A stretch of 51,675 nucleotides of DNA, counting the filler, from Catajapyx aquilonaris (Eukaryota), in the NCBI GenBank assembly GCA_000934665.2. It is 2 parts of 2 records of this genome, joined end to end, with 100 filler letters (N's around TTAATTAATTAA, not from the genome) between each part and the next. Parts side by side here need not be neighbours in the genome. Positions count along the whole stretch, not along the records: positions 1 to 25,823 come from KZ539326.1; 1 more part is not named here. One strand, 5' to 3'. Below the pieces are notes generated by a model. It saw only the letters and a list, made by a program, of their open reading frames with translations. It was not told the DNA's origin and did no database searches. Numbering within the stretch: the stretch's first letter is position 1; each line of letters starts with the position of its first letter. Below, one piece after another: positions 12,601-25,823 of this stretch. The position numbers were made by a program, and so were the translations under genes.

Positions 12601-14525
12601 ACTGGCACCAACAAATTATAAAACGCCCAATATACTGACACACAATCTTGACCACATATGGAAGAAAGCCCCAAAAGATGAGAAACGTCTCAGAATAGCT
12701 GACCGAATTGTTGCTTTCCGAAATGGAATTCCATTCTGAATTTCTCTGTCAGATCCCCACTTCCCTTCTCCCTCCTTTACGTTCAGAATTCTCGGCCTGA
12801 AAAGACACGAGTTGAGGTAGCCTTTGGGCAAGAAATCCTATGAAAACCATCGTCTCGGTTGACGTCAGCAAATCCGATGCTTATAGGCCACATCACAATT
12901 GCAGCCTGGTCAACGAAGGGATTGGGCTTCACCCTTTAGGCAAAAAAAAGAGAAGATGAGGAGGGTGGTGCTGGGGTGGAGCCAGAGCACCTTGTGTCTT
13001 CAGGTCTCCCCCGACTCCGGATGTCCTGAGCTTTTCCCTTCTTTCGTAAATGTCTACCTCAGATTGGTGGTGGCCTCCAAATGCTCAAGTCAGCCGCGCA
13101 ATGGCTTGTCTTCGGCCCCCTGCGTGTCCTTCACCCATTCACCCAAAAAAAAAAGCGTCAACACCGCTTCAACTCGAGTGCCCTTCCATCTCCCCATCCC
13201 CACCCACTTCCTCTCTTTTCTTCTTTTTAAGTTGGGCCCCGACAGAGCTTTTGTCTCCGATTCGACCTCCCGCGTATGACCTTTTCCAGAGACATTGTCA
13301 ACCACTGTTTTCCAGATTTAGTATGGTCGTTACATGGCCAGGATAGGTAGCAACTTAGCAAGTCGGATCATTATCATGGAATTTATTAAGTACAGTACAG
13401 ATTTGTGACTAAATACCACGCTTTAGGTCAACATTCGAGTTATATTATGCATGGCGAGTCAGTAACTAACTGGAGATACTTTAGGGCGGTCTCTTGGCCT
13501 TTACGTCATTTTCGGCTTGATGCTTAATTGTGGCATGAGGCGTATTTATGTTACTATACTGGTGGTATAGGAAATATCTGTACCCAGACGTCTAGCAACT
13601 CGGCTTGACGGGTGATATGCCCTGCAGGATATTTCTCCTACTTCCCAGTGGTATCATAATGAAACTTAATTGCTCTAGCAAGCCACTATAGTCGTAATTT
13701 AAGACTTGATGTCAAGGGATCGCCCTACACGAAGAAACTTTGGGGTTACTGACCACCATGTAAACAAAATACTACTCAAATATCTCATGGGATTAAGCAG
13801 TTTCATAACTCATGATTCTGTGGCTGATATTAATTTTGTGTTGACTTTCAAAACTCCAGTAATTATATAATCCGACTTATGTACGAATAAGTTCCAATTT
13901 GGAATGCGTTAAAATACATTACGCGTATGTTATTTGAGGAAATTCTTTAAATCGTCGTCGGATAGACATATTGGGAGAGTTAAATGGAACATATCAATAT
14001 ATCTCTACTTGTGAGCGAAGCAGCGTCACAATGAACATTTTGATCAAGGAGATGAAGTATAACACGAAAAATATGACCGGTGTAAATTATTTATTTCGGA
14101 TCACCCATCGCTCTGAGTGCAATATGAGTACCGGAATGACATGCAATAAATTGTCATAAGCCAAGCATTTGACAGAAGGTAACTTCAGTACGGGTGTGTT
14201 CTGACCCATGACAGGAACAGGAAATACCCCATCAAGTATGGACTCATCTATACCAGGGTCCCCTACATGGTTGCCTCCCCCACCCTAACCAGGGTATTGT
14301 CTCCACGTAGTCCTTATGGGGCGTCCATATTGGAGCTAGATTGCATGCTGGAGGATAGGAAATTGGCAAGCGTCCAAATTTTGTTTCAAGGACATTTTTT
14401 CACTGCATGCAGATCCCATCTGATTTAGCTCCAATATGCCGGAGAGACAATACCCTGTCTAGGTGGGGGAGGCACTCATGGAGGTTACCCTGATCTATAC
14501 CGGTCCATAACNGATAGTCCCTTTC

Positions 14526-14853
14526 CAACGAGGTATAAATAGGGTAGAGGCCGTAAAGGTCGGCCATCTTTGGCGGCCATGCCACTTCACGGCAAGACCA
14601 CGCGCGAATTTGAATTTGTCGTATTTCTAACCCTGTTCTCCTCTGTGTACACTCCTGCCTCCTGGCGGGGCTGGGAATAAATGGTGACTTTCACCAGACT
14701 GCCTTTTATTCCCAGCCCCGCCAGGAGTGTACGCAGAGGAGAACAGGGTTAGAAATACGACAATTTCAAAGTTCTTGCCGTGAAGTGTCATGGCCGCCAA
14801 TTGCATCAAAGATGGCCGACCTTTACGGCCTCTATCCTATTTATATCTCGTTG
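14526..14853. mobile_element. palindromic MITE with 8-bp TSD (P-element-superfamily-like)
   Basis: Ends CAACGAGGTATAAATAGG / CCTATTTATATCTCGTTG. ~145-bp arms form almost the whole element. Perfect TSD TCCCTTTC at 14518-14525 and 14854-14861. Confidence 0.85.
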
Positions 14854-15798
14854 TCCCTTTCTTATTACTTTTTTTTTACCTTCTTTACTTCCTGATAACG
14901 TCGGGATGTTGGCCTGGAGCCAAGTGATAGGCCCTTCTTACCAAATCGTCACTAGATCCAATGTAGTTCAAAATCAGGGAGGAAAAGACACATTTCATTT
15001 TAAAATTTGCTATGCTATGCCGTGCATTGACAATAATTCCGTATGAAATATTGTTTGACCACTGCATAATTGATTTTCGAATAAATAATCTGGCTGTGAT
15101 TTATCCCATTCATAAATTCAGCATGTCATTTAATTCCCCCTTTTTAAACTGGATCATAATTACCATATATTCATATTATTTTGGATGAAACTACTTAACC
15201 TTTTCAGATTTGAACATTTACCGTTATTTTGCCACAATAAGTTCAATAGAAATGTCATTAGGATTAATTCAATTCAGCTGCGTTACTAATTTGAATTTAA
15301 CTAACCATAATTGTATTATAATGACGAGGTGAACCATAATGACCTTTTAATCTCTGATTCGTGTTGCAATGCCATATATCAATATTGTCAGTTCCCTCAA
15401 CTCGAGTTATTTTTACAGAAAATATTACCAGCTTTCTTACCACGAGGTCCTTTTACTAGTTTAGCCTTTGTGCGATACAGGTACTTTTTAAAATTAGTAA
15501 ATATGTACAAAATTTTACATTCAACATTATCAACGATAAGAATCTCTTTCATCAGTACAGCAGGCTTTGACGCGACCAATACACTGTAGTCATGTAAACT
15601 ATTGATTTAAATATGTTTAATCCATTCCACCGAGTGCGATGAAATTAAACCATTGTGTTAAGGATCAATTAACTTCTCGCTTTTGATGTGTTCAACTGCG
15701 ACCATCAGGGTTTCGATTATGATGAAATCACATCCCGCGTTTGACCGGATCAACTGTCGAACATCCAAACGTAATCAAAATTTTGTCCTCTTTCTCAG

Positions 15799-15923
15799 CC
15801 CCAACTGACCTGTTCGTCGGGGTCAACATGGACAGCATCCCCGTCAAGCCTAACGCAACAGTGGACATGAACGACGCTGAGGCTTGCCTCTTCCAAGACC
15901 AAGAGTATGGGCATGGGCAACAG
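15799..15923 (+). CDS. coding exon of a probable secreted protein; ends in the start of a VWC (von Willebrand factor type C)-like module
   Basis: Acceptor ttttgtcctctttctcag|, donor CAG|gtaaat, 125 nt, phase 1 to 0, GC3-rich codons. Peptide (A)PTDLFVGVNMDSIPVKPNATVDMNDAEACLFQDQEYGHGQQ; C-x-F-x3-Y-x2-G fits a VWC N-terminus. Neighbouring exons were not found. Confidence 0.6.
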
Positions 15924-16165
15924 GTAAATGCTTTCTATCGCAGATTTTTTCCCCATTTCATATTCCAGTCGTTCCCCTTCACAAAGTAAATTGAATAGTA
16001 ATGAAAAAAAAAAAAATCTTATGCGTGTATAACTGGACGCCTTTGAACTTCGCAGAAGGAAAAAAAATGACAAAAAAAAAAATATCGGGTGTAGATCCCA
16101 TCTCGTTGTGTCGAAATGGGATCCGAGCCACATTTCCAGGGGGGAAGGGGGGGAAGGGGGGGGGG

Positions 16166-16294
16166 NNNNNNNNNNNNNNNNNNNNNNNNNNNNNNNNNNN
16201 NNNNNNNNNNNNNNNNNNNNNNNNNNNNNNNNNNNNNNNNNNNNNNNNNNNNNNNNNNNNNNNNNNNNNNNNNNNNNNNNNNNNNNNNNNNNNN
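16166..16294. other. assembly gap inside poly-G tract
   Basis: N run flanked by G homopolymers. Confidence 0.95.
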
Positions 16295-18601
16295 GGGGGG
16301 GGGGGGATAACAAAAAAAAGAGGTAAGGGGTTACGGACCAGGAGGAGGGAAGGCAAAGGGCCGTCCAGAATGTATAAACAATGGCAGTTTGAGGGCTAGA
16401 GCACAATGGGAGAGATATCTTTCCTGCTGTGAGACTCTCTCATCTTCAGAGCCACACTCTCAAAATGCAGGCCAAAAGGGCCAACTTTTTTTCCCCGCCT
16501 GTGGGATTCCATTCTTATATAATCCCTAAGTGTGACTTGATCTTCCAAAAAAAGGAGAGGGAACGTCCAATTGCGAATTGGCGAAAGTCTGCTCATCTCT
16601 TTACCTAAAAAAACGAGATGTTTTTTGCAAAAAAAATGTTAGTCTTTTTAGTAGTCGCGGAATTCATGACTTGTAAATGATCCAGTGACGGAAGAAATTG
16701 CACATTCCGAGCGTGACACGACATCAGTTCTGCAATGTTGCTTGATGCGGGGATCAAAGGAACCGTCAGTCAAACGCTGCAAGTTAGTTTGCACTCTTCA
16801 CTTGGTGTAAATCGGTTAGAGGAGAGCGTGGAAGTGACTACCTAATTTGGCCAATTTGATGAGCTTTACAGTTCGTGTACCGAAAGGGTACATTTAACTT
16901 GCGAGTGTCATTATAACGTAAGTATGGTGGTTTAAGTCAGATTAGGTTAGTTGTTATGCGACAAGGATGATGACCTCTGTTGCAATATGGAGGTTTGTTA
17001 TGAAATGAGGTCCGGAGAGGGGAAATAATCAAGTTTTAGGGCGAAAAATGATCATGTTTTGTGAAGCTTTCAGAATCAAATTTTTTTACAGCTAAAATAT
17101 TCACAGCTTGGGATACACTTTATTCTGCTCATGTTTAAAAAGCAGCACACGTTTACTGAAAGTTCAGAGTTAGAACTAATATGCATTGCAACGTGCTAGC
17201 CGTGGCACCACATGTGCAAATGGACGAAAATTATAATTAATCTCTAATTTTTGCAGCAATTCAGACGTGGTTTAATTTTATAAAATATTTCAGACATATC
17301 CTGACCAATAAATTTCGAATTTCTACTGCCTATTTTGCATGTCCACTTTTTAGAATGCAAGTAGTTCTACGTAAATCCAATAACTCTTAAGTCTAAACAA
17401 GTCCAAACGACTGTTTCTGCATATATTTAGATTAGGAATTATAATTATTAGTGAGAATGTCTTACCAATGAAAATATTATTGCAACATTTGAAGTAACAG
17501 TTGCTGTAGTTTTTCACTTATTTTGAAGGTAAAAAAAAACGTCCGTGATTATTCGCGAACTGAAAGCACATTATCGTCATTACAGTAGAATGAATTCATG
17601 ACATCAACCAGAGGGTATTGACACTCACCTCCCCGCTTTGCCCTATCTGTGTGTATCCCAAGTTTTGACGCAAACATACCTGTTTATAAAGCGAGGCTAG
17701 TGCACCATAATTATTAATCAAGCTTCTTGTGTGCAATGTGTGGTGTCATTTGGTGCATATTCTCTCATCACAAGGCACCAATCTATTCTGGTTTTGATTC
17801 TCCCCAGCCCTCCTCCTCCACCTCGTCCTCGATTTCCTAACGAGGTCATAAAGAGCCAGCTTCATTTCCTGGCCACCATTTCGAAATGCAACGCCCAGTT
17901 TTGCCATCAATTCTTGGTTGTGTCCGCGTTCAACGCCTCTAAAGATTTTTTTTCTCCCCCTCTTCTGCTTCCCAACTCCCAGGCTGTTGCTTGTATAAAA
18001 CGGAAGACTGCTTTATGGGTCGTCCCCCTTTCCATTCCTTCCCTTCTTGCCGTTGCTCCTCATTCATAATTCCTTATGATCTCTTCAGATGGAGAATACC
18101 AAACCTGATCCTTCCGCTAGTTTCGCCATCTCGGTTTCCCCCAGCTTGCTTCTAAGGTGGTTATGTAGGTGGCATTCGATTCAGACTAAATTTCAATGAG
18201 ATTCAATCTCGACTATGTGGCATACATTATAATAACTGCCCTTTCGGGGGGTTTCTATATACAGTACAGTGGCACACAAAGTGAGCAACTCAGGTGGAGA
18301 TTTTAGTGTTCCCTTGGCTATAGCTCTGTATACTAGCCTCGGGGAATCCCTCTCTCACAGTTTCCAGAGCTCAGGTTTGCTTGCTGTTGGATCCATCCCG
18401 TGGGCTGTAATGGCTGCCGTCATATGCTCATTCAATGGTGGGGAGTAAAGGAAATTCGATCTGGATTTTAGGAGAAAATATTGAGCTAGCGTAATAATCT
18501 CCGGGTCTTTCTAGTCGGTTAGTTTAATAGACAATGTGCATCATTTTCAAGTTATATGTACTTGTAGATCAATAATAACCTTTAAGCAGATCCTAAGCTT
18601 A

Positions 18602-18738
18602 CGGGGCACATTTTACAGGAAATCACTCCCTGCTTGCTCTCTCATCGCCACTGATTTTCAGTGCTTATTGACAGCAATAGCGTAGGCGTAAAATGATGTA
18701 TAAAAGGTTTTTAAATTTTCCACTTACCACGTGCCCCG
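18602..18738. mobile_element. small PIF/Harbinger-type MITE
   Basis: TTA|cggggcac...gtgccccg|TTA (3-bp TSD at 18599-18601 and 18739-18741), with an imperfect TIR extension to ggaaa/tttcc. Confidence 0.6.
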
Positions 18739-21254
18739 TTACAGCATCCCATATGGCGAGTTTTGATTATTAATAATTGTTGTTACATGATAACATTTTT
18801 CATTACGTTACATGTTATGGCACTGAATTTCCAATTTTGCAGTGGTGCAGACTTCACTAGTTGTAAACCATAACAAAATCTGTATAATGTGACGGGTTTA
18901 TTGCCTGTATTCAATAGTTTTATATTTAGTGTGACAATTAACACTACAGTCATGTCGTGTTTCACAGCTGTAGGTGTAAAATATTGTAACATTTTGCTGA
19001 GAACACTAAAACTTTGTATATTGCAATTACTCTTGTATAATTATTATATTTTCCGGAACTTTGCCCCTCTAGGCTAGCTATAACACAGCGCATACTGACT
19101 GGTGTCCATTCTGCTCTTACAACTATAAAACTATGAATCGATGAATTATATTAATACCAGTGTAATATGCACATACTTCATTAATCGTGCCAAACCTCCT
19201 GCAAAGTGACAGAGAAATAGTTAAAACGCTGCTAAAAATTCCAGGCCCATAATACGTGAAAAATGCGGGCAAATAAACAGTGCTCAATTACGTGACACTC
19301 GAATCCAGTATCGTAATTATTTGGACATCGGCCTGTGTTTATTTGCCTGCAATTCTCATTAGAACCAATGGCATGCTGATGGTACTCTGAACCACTCCGC
19401 AGATTCAAACATTGCTCTCCTCACCACAGCATATATGCGCATATTCGCGGCAGGAAAAAATGTATCGATAACACGCCGGCGGCATGTGAATTATTAGATT
19501 CGGATCAGTGTTCTCGTCAGTTGCTTGTCCCTTGGTTTTGTGGATTACACCCATTCATTCTAATGACCACATAACCAATAATGACCATGCATTAATTAGG
19601 CCCGGCTCTACGTGTCAGTTAGTTCCGTGTCCGAAATTCATTGCACCTGCTTTTGAATAATAACGTTAGCCGAAAACATGTCTGTGACAATGAGCGTGCG
19701 CAATTAACATCATTCCGTTAATTTACTGGCAAGATGCTCAAGTCGTTAATAAAGGCTCAAGGCGCCGAGAACGCTGCACAGCATATAGAGTACAAGCGAG
19801 CCCGCTATATACATCAACTCTGACCCTCGCTTGTGACGTTTGAGGAATTAATAGATCTCTTTCAGACGGCGAGTCGGGTAGAGGGGGAAGGAGGGGCGGG
19901 ACCTCCCCCTCCCCCATTATGAAAGCAGAGGCAGTTTCCTAAAAGCGCCGCTTTATTGAACTTTGAGATTTGAGGCAAACTTTCCTCGCCTTCCTTTGGT
20001 ACCGGTAATGAGTCTCGTATTGTCTGCCATTCGACTAACTCGGAATTCAGCGTGTTAAATATCCCATGGCTTTAGTTTCACGGTAACTTATCCTTTTGTT
20101 CGTACAGGACGTAAACGTTCAACAGGAGACTTGCAGCAAGGAAAAAAACGGCTGACTCATATTTCATCCAGGGTGATCATGTTCACGGGAGTTCATAGAG
20201 CAAGTGGAGTTCTATGATAAATTGGCACTAAGGGTTATATTCCCAAATGGCCTGCAGAAAAATATTGGTTGCTCACACTGGCATGTAAGTGTAATGGGCT
20301 CGAAGAACATTATTTTACTTTGATCTCTGGTATAAGATGGCAATGGGACCTGTCCAGTACTTAAGAACTTGATTGCGACCATATCTGATGGTGGCATTGA
20401 CTTAATCACTATCATTCTAGAAATGTTGGCGACACGGTATTCCGGGTTTCTATCACAGGAAAATCCTATTGCTAAAACTGGGCTGACAGTGAAAAGTGAC
20501 CAAACTTTAACACGAATGAGAGAACATAGACAATAAATAAACAGGATGTTTCATATATTGATTCGGATAGACTTCTAGGGTGAACTCCTGGGAACCTTTA
20601 TAGAGATGTCATTGGTCCCAGAAGCCTCCTTACCTAGATAATTAGCATCAGAGAGTGCAGTATTCCATTGCCTATAATGAGGCTGCAGCATACGCAGCTT
20701 CCATAGCCACAGAGACTTCCTGCTACACCTAATGAGATAGCAGTTTAAAATTAAAACTTTTTTGTTATTAGAGCGTACTGTCACATATTACATGAGGCTT
20801 AAAAATTAGTCCTGGGACTCATAATTACATGTTCCATATATGCACTAGAGAAGCACGGGTTTTCCCTTTTCTTCTGGCTGTTTATTCATCTGTCGCACCA
20901 TCGGAATCAGAGCTGTGGAGTGAGGAGCTTTTGAGTCAGCAAGGTCTGCTTCAAAACCATGCAACGTTTCCTCTATCAAGCGTCGTCTCCAGTCCTTCTA
21001 TTGTGAGTAGGATTTTTTCTCTCTCCCTGCAGTACTTTTAGGTTCGATTTTCTGATAGACACATTTTGAATAGGAGGTATTGCACAGCATCGATTCGTGC
21101 AGTTATTTCGAAGGAAGATTTCTAGGATTTCCTCTCTTCTAGTCCCTTCTGCCCATGATTTGTTTATAGGTGCTCATGCAAGAAAAATCATCAGGCAGAG
21201 AACATAGGAAAGAACTCGTGAGGCAGGGTCCTACATTTAATATAACATCTTTAC

Positions 21255-21601
21255 GGGGAGGTGTGGTGGCCGAGATGGTAACGTCTCGGCTTGCTGAATG
21301 AAAGGCCCCAGGTTCGATCCCCGCCTGGGGAACTTCCTTTCACCTGCGTCGGGAAGGTCTCTGACCTGCACCAAGGAGGTGTCTGGCAACCTAACCTCCT
21401 GGGGAACTGCACATGGCCCAAAGGCTAGGACATTGCACCTGCACACTGCACTAGTCCCCAACAATCCCTATACCCTATACCCTATATCCCGAAAGTCCTT
21501 GCACGGAGATTGAAGTAAAATGGAAAATTATTTCTAAAATGGTGGTAATCCACTCCCCTATAAACCCCAATCGGGTTATCACGGGGTAATAGAAATAAAA
21601 A
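21255..21601 (+). mobile_element. tRNA-derived SINE (family S2)
   Basis: Head ggggaggtgtggtggccgagatggtaacgtctcggcttgctgaatgaaaggccccaggttcgatccc (A and B boxes). Tail atggtggtaatccac...cacggggta plus A-rich end. 13-bp TSD ataacatc(t/g)ttac at 21242-21254 and 21602-21614. Confidence 0.9.
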
Positions 21602-22716
21602 ATAACATCGTTACATAGGAGGTACGGTATGCTGTACGGCTAAACTGTGTATTGGCATGCATGACGAGTGGGGTAATGCTTGTATAGCGCTATGGAGGAC
21701 ATTCGTAATAATACAACGTTCTAGGATGAGTAGTAGCGTGTCTACCTTAGAAAAAAATTGGGGACTTTCTACTCTATACACGGTATATAGTGTGACGTCT
21801 ATACCCATTATTTACTTACCTGCACTTCTCGTCTAGTCCTTAGAGGGAAACAAATACCTCAGCTTAATGGGCTGCAGGAGAGCACAGCGATCATTTTTCC
21901 CACGGACGTAATGGGCTTTTCAGGACGATTTTAGAAAGATGAACCTCGGAGAAAAAGGCTCTAGATTCTTTCTTTTTGGTCACAGAACACTGGCCTACTC
22001 GTGGCTATAGATGTGCTTCAGCTGAAGTTGTCTCATTCGAGATTGAAAATATTTAGTTCATTGGAACCGCACAGTATCAAATTCAGTTATGGTGGCCAGA
22101 ATATAGGCCCTATGTAATGATAATAATTATTGATAACTGAATGCTTACACACGGACACGATACAGTGCAGTGATCCTTTATCATACAACAATCTTCTTAC
22201 TTATATGGAATAAAAATAGTTATCTGATATCACCACAGGTGTTTAGAAAAAAATACTGTACATGAATCACGCTTCATGTGAATAATCTGATGAAGCCTTT
22301 GCTTTGATTACGTTTTGCAGATATTTTATGTATTTTCTCTACGCATATTTTCCCTAAAACCCAAAATACTGTAATAATTACTGTTGCAGGAGTCTCTCCA
22401 GTGCCAGAGATAAACGTACCAAACCCTTTCTTTCCGCAACTCATCGTGTAAGCTGTGCTAGAGAGCTTCCTAGACAGGTGTTACAATAGTGGGAAAGGGT
22501 GATGAAGGTCAGGTCAATTAGAAAAGCTCAGTAGATGAGTTCTGGCTTTTTTGATTTACAAAACTAGGATCAACTAAGCACACACAAAAAGGGGAGAGGT
22601 GTCCAGACCTGAGTATTATAAGGCTTTTTCCGGAATTTTCTCTTGAGAACGTGTACCTGAATGGTGTCCAGGAACGACTATTTGACTGTCGGTGATATGC
22701 ACTGTACACCTGATTA

Positions 22717-23079
22717 TTTATTTATTTTATTTTATTTATTTATTTATTTTACCACGCGACAGGCCTACATAGGCCTTTTTGGAGGGTGGTACGCCACCAT
22801 CAATTTTCCTGTACTTTTTTCTTCAATCTCCGGTGCAAGGAAACAGGACAATGGGAGATGACTGGGATTTTTGGGGAGGGGACACGGGTGCAAGGGCAAT
22901 GTCTCAAGGTTGGGCCATGTGTCCCCCAGGAGGTTAGGTTGCCAGATACGGTACCTCCAAAGGTGCAGGTCAGAGACCCTCCCGACGCAGGTGAAAGGAA
23001 ACTCCCAGGCAGGGATCGAACCTGGGACCTTTCACTCAGCAAGCCGAGACGTTACCATCTCGGCCACCACACCTTCCCC
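22717..23079 (-). mobile_element. tRNA-derived SINE (family S2), inverted copy
   Basis: Reverse complement of the 21255 head and body. (TTTA)n tail at 22717-22750. Imperfect TSD actgtacacctgatta / actgtaca[gtaca]cctcatta. Confidence 0.9.
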
Positions 23080-23574
23080 ACTGTACAGTACACCTCATTA
23101 TCCGCAGAAGCTGCTTTGCGCAGAGTAAAGGCTTGGCTAAAGTCGACGATGACAGACTGAGGGGCGTCTCAATGGGCACAGAAAAACTGCATTGGAAAAG
23201 GAAGGAATTTGAAAAGAAGTATTGAAAAGGTTTTCTGCAAATCCAAGAAAACTTATTTTACTTACTAGATTTTTTAAATAAGATGTTCTCTGTAATTTTG
23301 CATCCGAGAAAACTAGTAAGTTAGTCTATTATTTTAGATTTAAAAAAATAAGATGACAAAGTTGTGTTATTTGTAATTTTGCAGAATAAACTCATTAACC
23401 GTATGACATGATTGTGATGTTAGTTTTTCATTGAAGGCTTCAAATGACTGAAAGTTTTGACTGATTTTTCTGTGCCATTGCATTGAATTGGGGTCAAAAG
23501 AAGGTACCGGTAATTTAAAACAACTGTTGTTGAGACAGTTCCTGCCGAATCTGCTAGACAACAAAACAGAGGAT

Positions 23575-23644
23575 GAGGACAGGTGGACCGTCCTGCCCCC
23601 CCCCCCCCACCCCCACCCCAACATAAATCCTGGCTACGCCCATG
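23575..23644. mobile_element. terminus of a non-autonomous DNA element (…C-run…cctggctacgcccatg)
   Basis: C-rich run followed by aaatcctggctacgcccatg, a common invertebrate non-autonomous TE end. The partner end was not identified. Confidence 0.4.
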
Positions 23645-25504
23645 TGTCCGCGTAAGCTATTAGCAGCCAATATTTTCGGACACCTGCTAAAAGTAACTGT
23701 TCACTGGTAACTTGCGTAAAAGAGGCAGCTTCGTACTGAAGAGTTTCCAGCTGAGACGGGCATATTTATCTATACGTATTTATCCTAGTACTTGTGTCAC
23801 TTTTAATTTATTATTAGTATTGTTGCGTCCAATATTTAAAGGAGACGATGTAATTAAATACTTTTTAAGTTCAAAGACAAATCATCTATACATTTTAACA
23901 CAAATTATTGATTTAATTAACATTTCCGTTTAGCAATATTAACAATAGTTGATATACAGCTATACAAGTCACATTGGAATTGAGTTAGTGCTGAGAGATT
24001 TAAACGTACTGTGAGGCAGTCAAATGAATATGGAATTGTGATCTCACTTTGAATCTTTGGAATCCTGAGGGGACATTTTTTGTCTGGCTCATTAACCTTT
24101 GTATATCAACCTTGTATTGCTTGTGCAATGTTGTCCCTTACAACGACGTGAGCAAATAAGGTTATTCCAGCTAATCTTTGACTGGGGTGTCCATACAACA
24201 TCATTGAAATGAGTAAAAGACAGCGAGTGTAAGGAACACGTCTGGAATTTTCATTCTGCAATGTAGGCCCTACAAGCAAAAGGGCATTTTCGCACAATGC
24301 AAACCAACGCATGCTAACTTTGGCATGCCCAGGGAATGCAAATGTGAAAGTACCCTGGCACAGGATTCCACCCCTTCTGTAATAGGTTGCCATATTTTCG
24401 AGCTCCGTGTTACGTCGAAAATTCTATGGCAGAGGTGCACATCCCACGCTATTTTTGGTGCAATGGATAAGGGAACTATTTGCAACTATTTGCATGCTAT
24501 AGCTTTTGTGCCATGGTTTTCGGCGTATGTAAGGGCTTTAACTCGCACATGGTGTTTTCAAAGTTAGCTCACATTCGTATCGGAAAAATCTCGCGGACAC
24601 TCACTGCCTGTTCAAGTATTTGCAGTGGGTTACATCACTGTTGCAAAGCTCACTTACCGGGCTTTACAATGGTACAATACTGTACACACTATATCGTAAC
24701 TACAGTATATCTGACAATAATATTGTTAAGGTGAGGCGACTGAGGTGAGCACCTATTTTCACGGATACGGATATTATTTAAATTATGGAAATTTGGTCCA
24801 GGAGAAATCCATCAATGAAAGTGAGGTAAATCTGCAGACTCCAATTTTATATAAATATGTGACTTAAATTGCGTTTATTTGCATTCTGGCACAAGTCTAA
24901 CGTGTAAAATGTTAAATTGAACTAGTTTTAATCGTACCCGCATGTTAGCACAGTGCAATCGTCACAACGGCATGTTGCTAATTGCAACCGGGTACAGTAC
25001 ATAATGCGGGCATATTCTAGAATCGGAGAGTGTTGTGGCGGGCATGGCACATCCAGTTTGGAGAATTATTCACTTGACAAACAAAACTGTCATATTTTTC
25101 GCGCATCACGATCATGAGTAGGAAGGCAAGGGCCCATGTTAATGAGTTCAACCAGAACAAGGGAATGATATTATCAGTGTTAACAGTCGTTAAACTCGCT
25201 TTGTCGCGGTTGTATGCATCGCATCGCTCCGGACCACATTCTTGCTTTCTGTGTGAAAACAGCGGAGAATCGAATCTGTCAGTTTCACACTGAAGCCCAA
25301 CTCCTGCGGCATCGGACTAGTTAGGACTGCGGTTGCCCTACCATTGTTTACATTCACACATTCCGGGATATGAGCTTTCTTTTAATGTCGCATTTCGTCC
25401 TCATGTCATTACGTCACTTCTACTGCTTTATTGCCTATTAATTATGCATTGGGCTTCAGGTTGTCAAGTGACAATAAGTTAGTATACATGTGTGTGTGTG
25501 TGTT

Positions 25505-25823
25505 CATGTCTTCAATAAGGTGTGGGGACGTAGGTCTGGGTTTCTACTGAAGCTGTGGGGACTAGTCCGCATTATGGGGACATTTCTCGGTCCCCACAGT
25601 GTTTCACACACACTGTGTACTATTAGAGTGAGGACATGTGTAAATTAGTGGGGACATGTCCCCACTATTTTCAGTTGTAGGGTTTCACAAAAGTCAATTT
25701 TTCTCAGCCTAGGTTAGTTAGTGTAGGTTAGGGTAGGGTAGGTTAGGTTAGGTTAGGTTAGGTTAGTTTAATTTACACTCGCTTCGAAAAGTTGAATTTT
25801 CACGTCCCCACGCCTTAGTGAAG
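25505..25823. mobile_element. TIR element next to a (TG)n microsatellite, with internal GTGGGGAC repeats and (TTAGG)n
   Basis: cttcaataaggtgtggggacgt (25510) / acgtccccacgccttagtgaag (25802-25823). Repeated gtggggac/gtcccca motifs. (TG)n lies immediately to the left; the right end runs into the gap. Confidence 0.7.
25710..25766 (+). repeat. short interstitial (TTAGG)n arthropod telomere-type repeat
   Basis: taggttagttagtgtaggttagggtagggtaggttaggttaggttaggttaggttag. Confidence 0.85.

Noticed and set aside
12899..13346. Overlapping 126-aa and 98-aa ORFs in a GC-richer island
   Set aside because: A-runs and pyrimidine runs, no domain and no consistent splice sites; more like cis-regulatory or plain intronic DNA.
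20200..21050. Possible decayed LINE ORF1/esterase relic on the minus strand (GTNDIS motif)
   Set aside because: A single short motif among many stops; cannot be supported without a profile search.
21255..21330. tRNA gene calls for the SINE heads (also 6347, 23079, 32747, 39480)
   Set aside because: No proper acceptor stem or terminator; each continues into a SINE body and tail, mostly with TSDs.
25710..25766. True telomere or chromosome end
   Set aside because: Only a few perfect TTAGG units, enclosed within the TIRs of a mobile element.
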